A stretch of 63,579 nucleotides of DNA, counting the filler, from Octopus bimaculoides (Eukaryota), in assembly GCF_001194135.2 (NCBI RefSeq). It is 5 parts of 5 records of this genome, joined end to end, with 100 filler letters (N's around TTAATTAATTAA, not from the genome) between each part and the next. Parts side by side here need not be neighbours in the genome. Positions count along the whole stretch, not along the records: positions 58,100 to 63,579 come from NC_068990.1; 4 more parts are not named here. The stretch is one strand, 5' to 3'. The translations under genes were made by a program, and so were the position numbers. A model generated the notes under the pieces. That model had not been told where the DNA came from. It made no database searches and saw nothing but the letters and a program-made list of their open reading frames with translations. The stretch's first letter is position 1; each line of letters begins with the position of its first letter. Positions 61,530-63,579 of the stretch are shown here, piece by piece.

Positions 61530-61675
61530 AAGAGAGAAAGACAGAGAGAGGGAGAGAGAGAAAGCGACTGAGAGGAAGAGAAAGAGAGGGAGAGAGAGAA
61601 GCGACTGAGAAGAAGAGAGAGAGAGGGGGAGAGAGAGAGAGAAGCGACTGGGAGGAAGAGAGAGAGAGAGAGATA
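61530..61675. repeat. GA-rich minisatellite with AAGCGACTG spacer x3
   Basis: AAGCGACTG at 61562, 61599 and 61642 within (GA)n. Confidence 0.8.
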
Positions 61676-62848
61676 AGAGTGTGAAAAGGGGGAAAGGGGG
61701 AGAAGGTAGGGAAAGAAACCATTAAATTTCTATTTAAAACAGTACTGCTGGTGGTAGGCATAGAATTATTGGTTCCTCTCCTGCTTTCATCTCTTCGAGG
61801 TCAAGAAAATAAACCCAGTGATATACTGGAGTCAATTTAATCGATTGTACTTACCTCACTAACACATATTATGGCCTCAGGCATACCGAAGAAAATCAAT
61901 AATAATGAATACCTTTATATATTACCCCTGGGTCTTTTCTTCTCTTTCGTATACATAAAAACAGGAAAAAAAAAACGGCGTATATGTACCTTACCCTTCT
62001 TATGAATCTCACTCACTCTCTGTCTCGCTGTCTTTCTGTCTCTTTGTGTCTCATACACAGCTTTACGGACAAGCAACACACATATACAGAGAAATGTCTG
62101 TGTTTATGTTTGATACGGGTGGTGGGTCGATTTTTACTAGACAGTAATAACACAGGGTAGGCATTTAATTTAGTAGAATATATATATATATATATATAAA
62201 ATATCTGTCAGTTTATTCTTATATTGCTTCAAGCTAACTTGAAAAGCAGACAGCCGTTTAAAGCTTTTGAAGGAAAATAAAATAAGGAAAGTATTTACAA
62301 CATTTACTAAAGACCCAAGACGAGACAAGAGACGGCCTAGACTATTTGCTTCAATTCAATGTGTTTGCAAAAATCAGACATCGGTTCTAAAAGGAATGAA
62401 AAAAAAGAAAGAGAAAAACTAAAAAAAAAAAAAAAAAAAANNNNNNNNNNNNNNNNNNNNNNNNNNNNNNNNNNNNNNNNNNNNNNNNNNNNNNNNNNNN
62501 NNNNNNNNNNNNNNNNNNNNNNNNNNNNNNNNNNNNNNNNNNNNNNNNNNNNNNNNNNNNNNNNNNNNNNNNNNNNNNNNNNNNNNNNNNNNNNNNNNNN
62601 NNNNNNNNNNNNNNNNNNNNNNNNNNNNNNNNNNNNNNNNNNNNNNNNNNNNNNNNNNNNNNNNNNNNNNNNNNNNNNNNNNNNNNNNNNNNNNNNNNNN
62701 NNNNNNNNNNNNNNNNNNNNNNNNNNNNNNNNNNNNNNNNNNNNNNNNNNNNNNNNNNNNNNNNNNNNNNNNNNNNNNNNNNNNNNNNNNNNNNNNNNNN
62801 NNNNNNNNNNNNNNNNNNNNNNNNNNNNNNNNNNATATATGTGTGTGC

Positions 62849-62880
<32 letters not shown>

Positions 62881-63524
62881 ATCTGTCTTTATATTTATTT
62901 ATGTATACACACACATATACATACATTTGCATATATGTGTGTGTGTATGTATAAATATATAAATAGATGTCTCTCTTTCTGTATACACAGTTACACATAC
63001 ATACACGCACGCATTCATACATACATAGATACATACATAGACAGACAGACAGACAGACAGACATGTATGCATAAATAATTTACATACAAACATACTTGTA
63101 CATGCATGTATGCATGTGTATATATGACTCCATGTATACCTCGCTTTCTGTATTTTTTTCTAGCTCTCACTACGAACATGTATGTGTGTGTGTGTGTATG
63201 TCTGTGGGTATGTCTATGTGCTATGTGTATGTGTGTGTGAGATAGTGTGTTTGTGTGCAAGTGCGTGTTTGTATGAGTGCGTTTGTGTGTTTGCGTCTAT
63301 AGTATCAAACACACGTACACATAAGGTACAGAACAGTATTCCGTCCCTTACCGCGGATGTAATTAACTAACTACCTTCTGCTCGAATGAACCTTATGCAC
63401 TAATAATTATGCACTAAAGGGTCTTATGCACTACTAGGTATGGTCTTGATTAATTTTACACATGTATGAATGCATGCACATGTATGTGTATATACCTACA
63501 TATCGATGCGTATATACATATGCA

Positions 63525-63561
<37 letters not shown>

Positions 63562-63579
63562 GTGCGTATGTATATATGT

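Overview
Eukaryotic, AT-rich and microsatellite-saturated scaffold segment from a draft assembly, with roughly 8 kb of N. The SINE families, TTAGGG repeats and overall texture point to an octopus or other coleoid cephalopod genome; this is inferred from recognition, not from a search. No rRNA, tRNA gene, CRISPR array or complete protein-coding gene is supported. Nearly all ORF-track entries are microsatellite or N-gap artefacts. The window is a transposon graveyard: dead LINE fragments (CR1/L2-group, RTE, Tx1/L1, R4/Dong-like), two Penelope-like element (PLE) clades, mariner/Tc1, piggyBac, hAT, Helitron-like and foldback MITEs, and about 25 tRNA-derived SINE copies. The most notable items are as follows. 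(1) There are three unrelated families of minimal type I hammerhead ribozyme (HHR) motifs, each ending 70-100 nt before a (TA)n tract. One pair sits in the ~2 kb inverted arms of a Naiad-like PLE (51.9-57.1 kb). Another pair forms a back-to-back palindromic HHR dimer (36.4-36.7 kb) whose right copy has an intact core. (2) A three-level nest (SINE > hAT MITE > 37-bp-TIR MITE) has a palindromic (CCCTAA)n(TTAGGG)n core. (3) Three tandem SINE arrays have copies separated by repeats of a locus-specific target site. (4) A CR1/L2-like LINE has a 3' UTR matching the tail of the commonest SINE family. (5) A 415-bp TIR element carries a SAP-domain fragment. (6) Two phase-compatible candidate exons suggest a minus-strand host gene. 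Four NNN-TTAATTAATTAA-NNN blocks are assembly spacers, so adjacency across them is unreliable.
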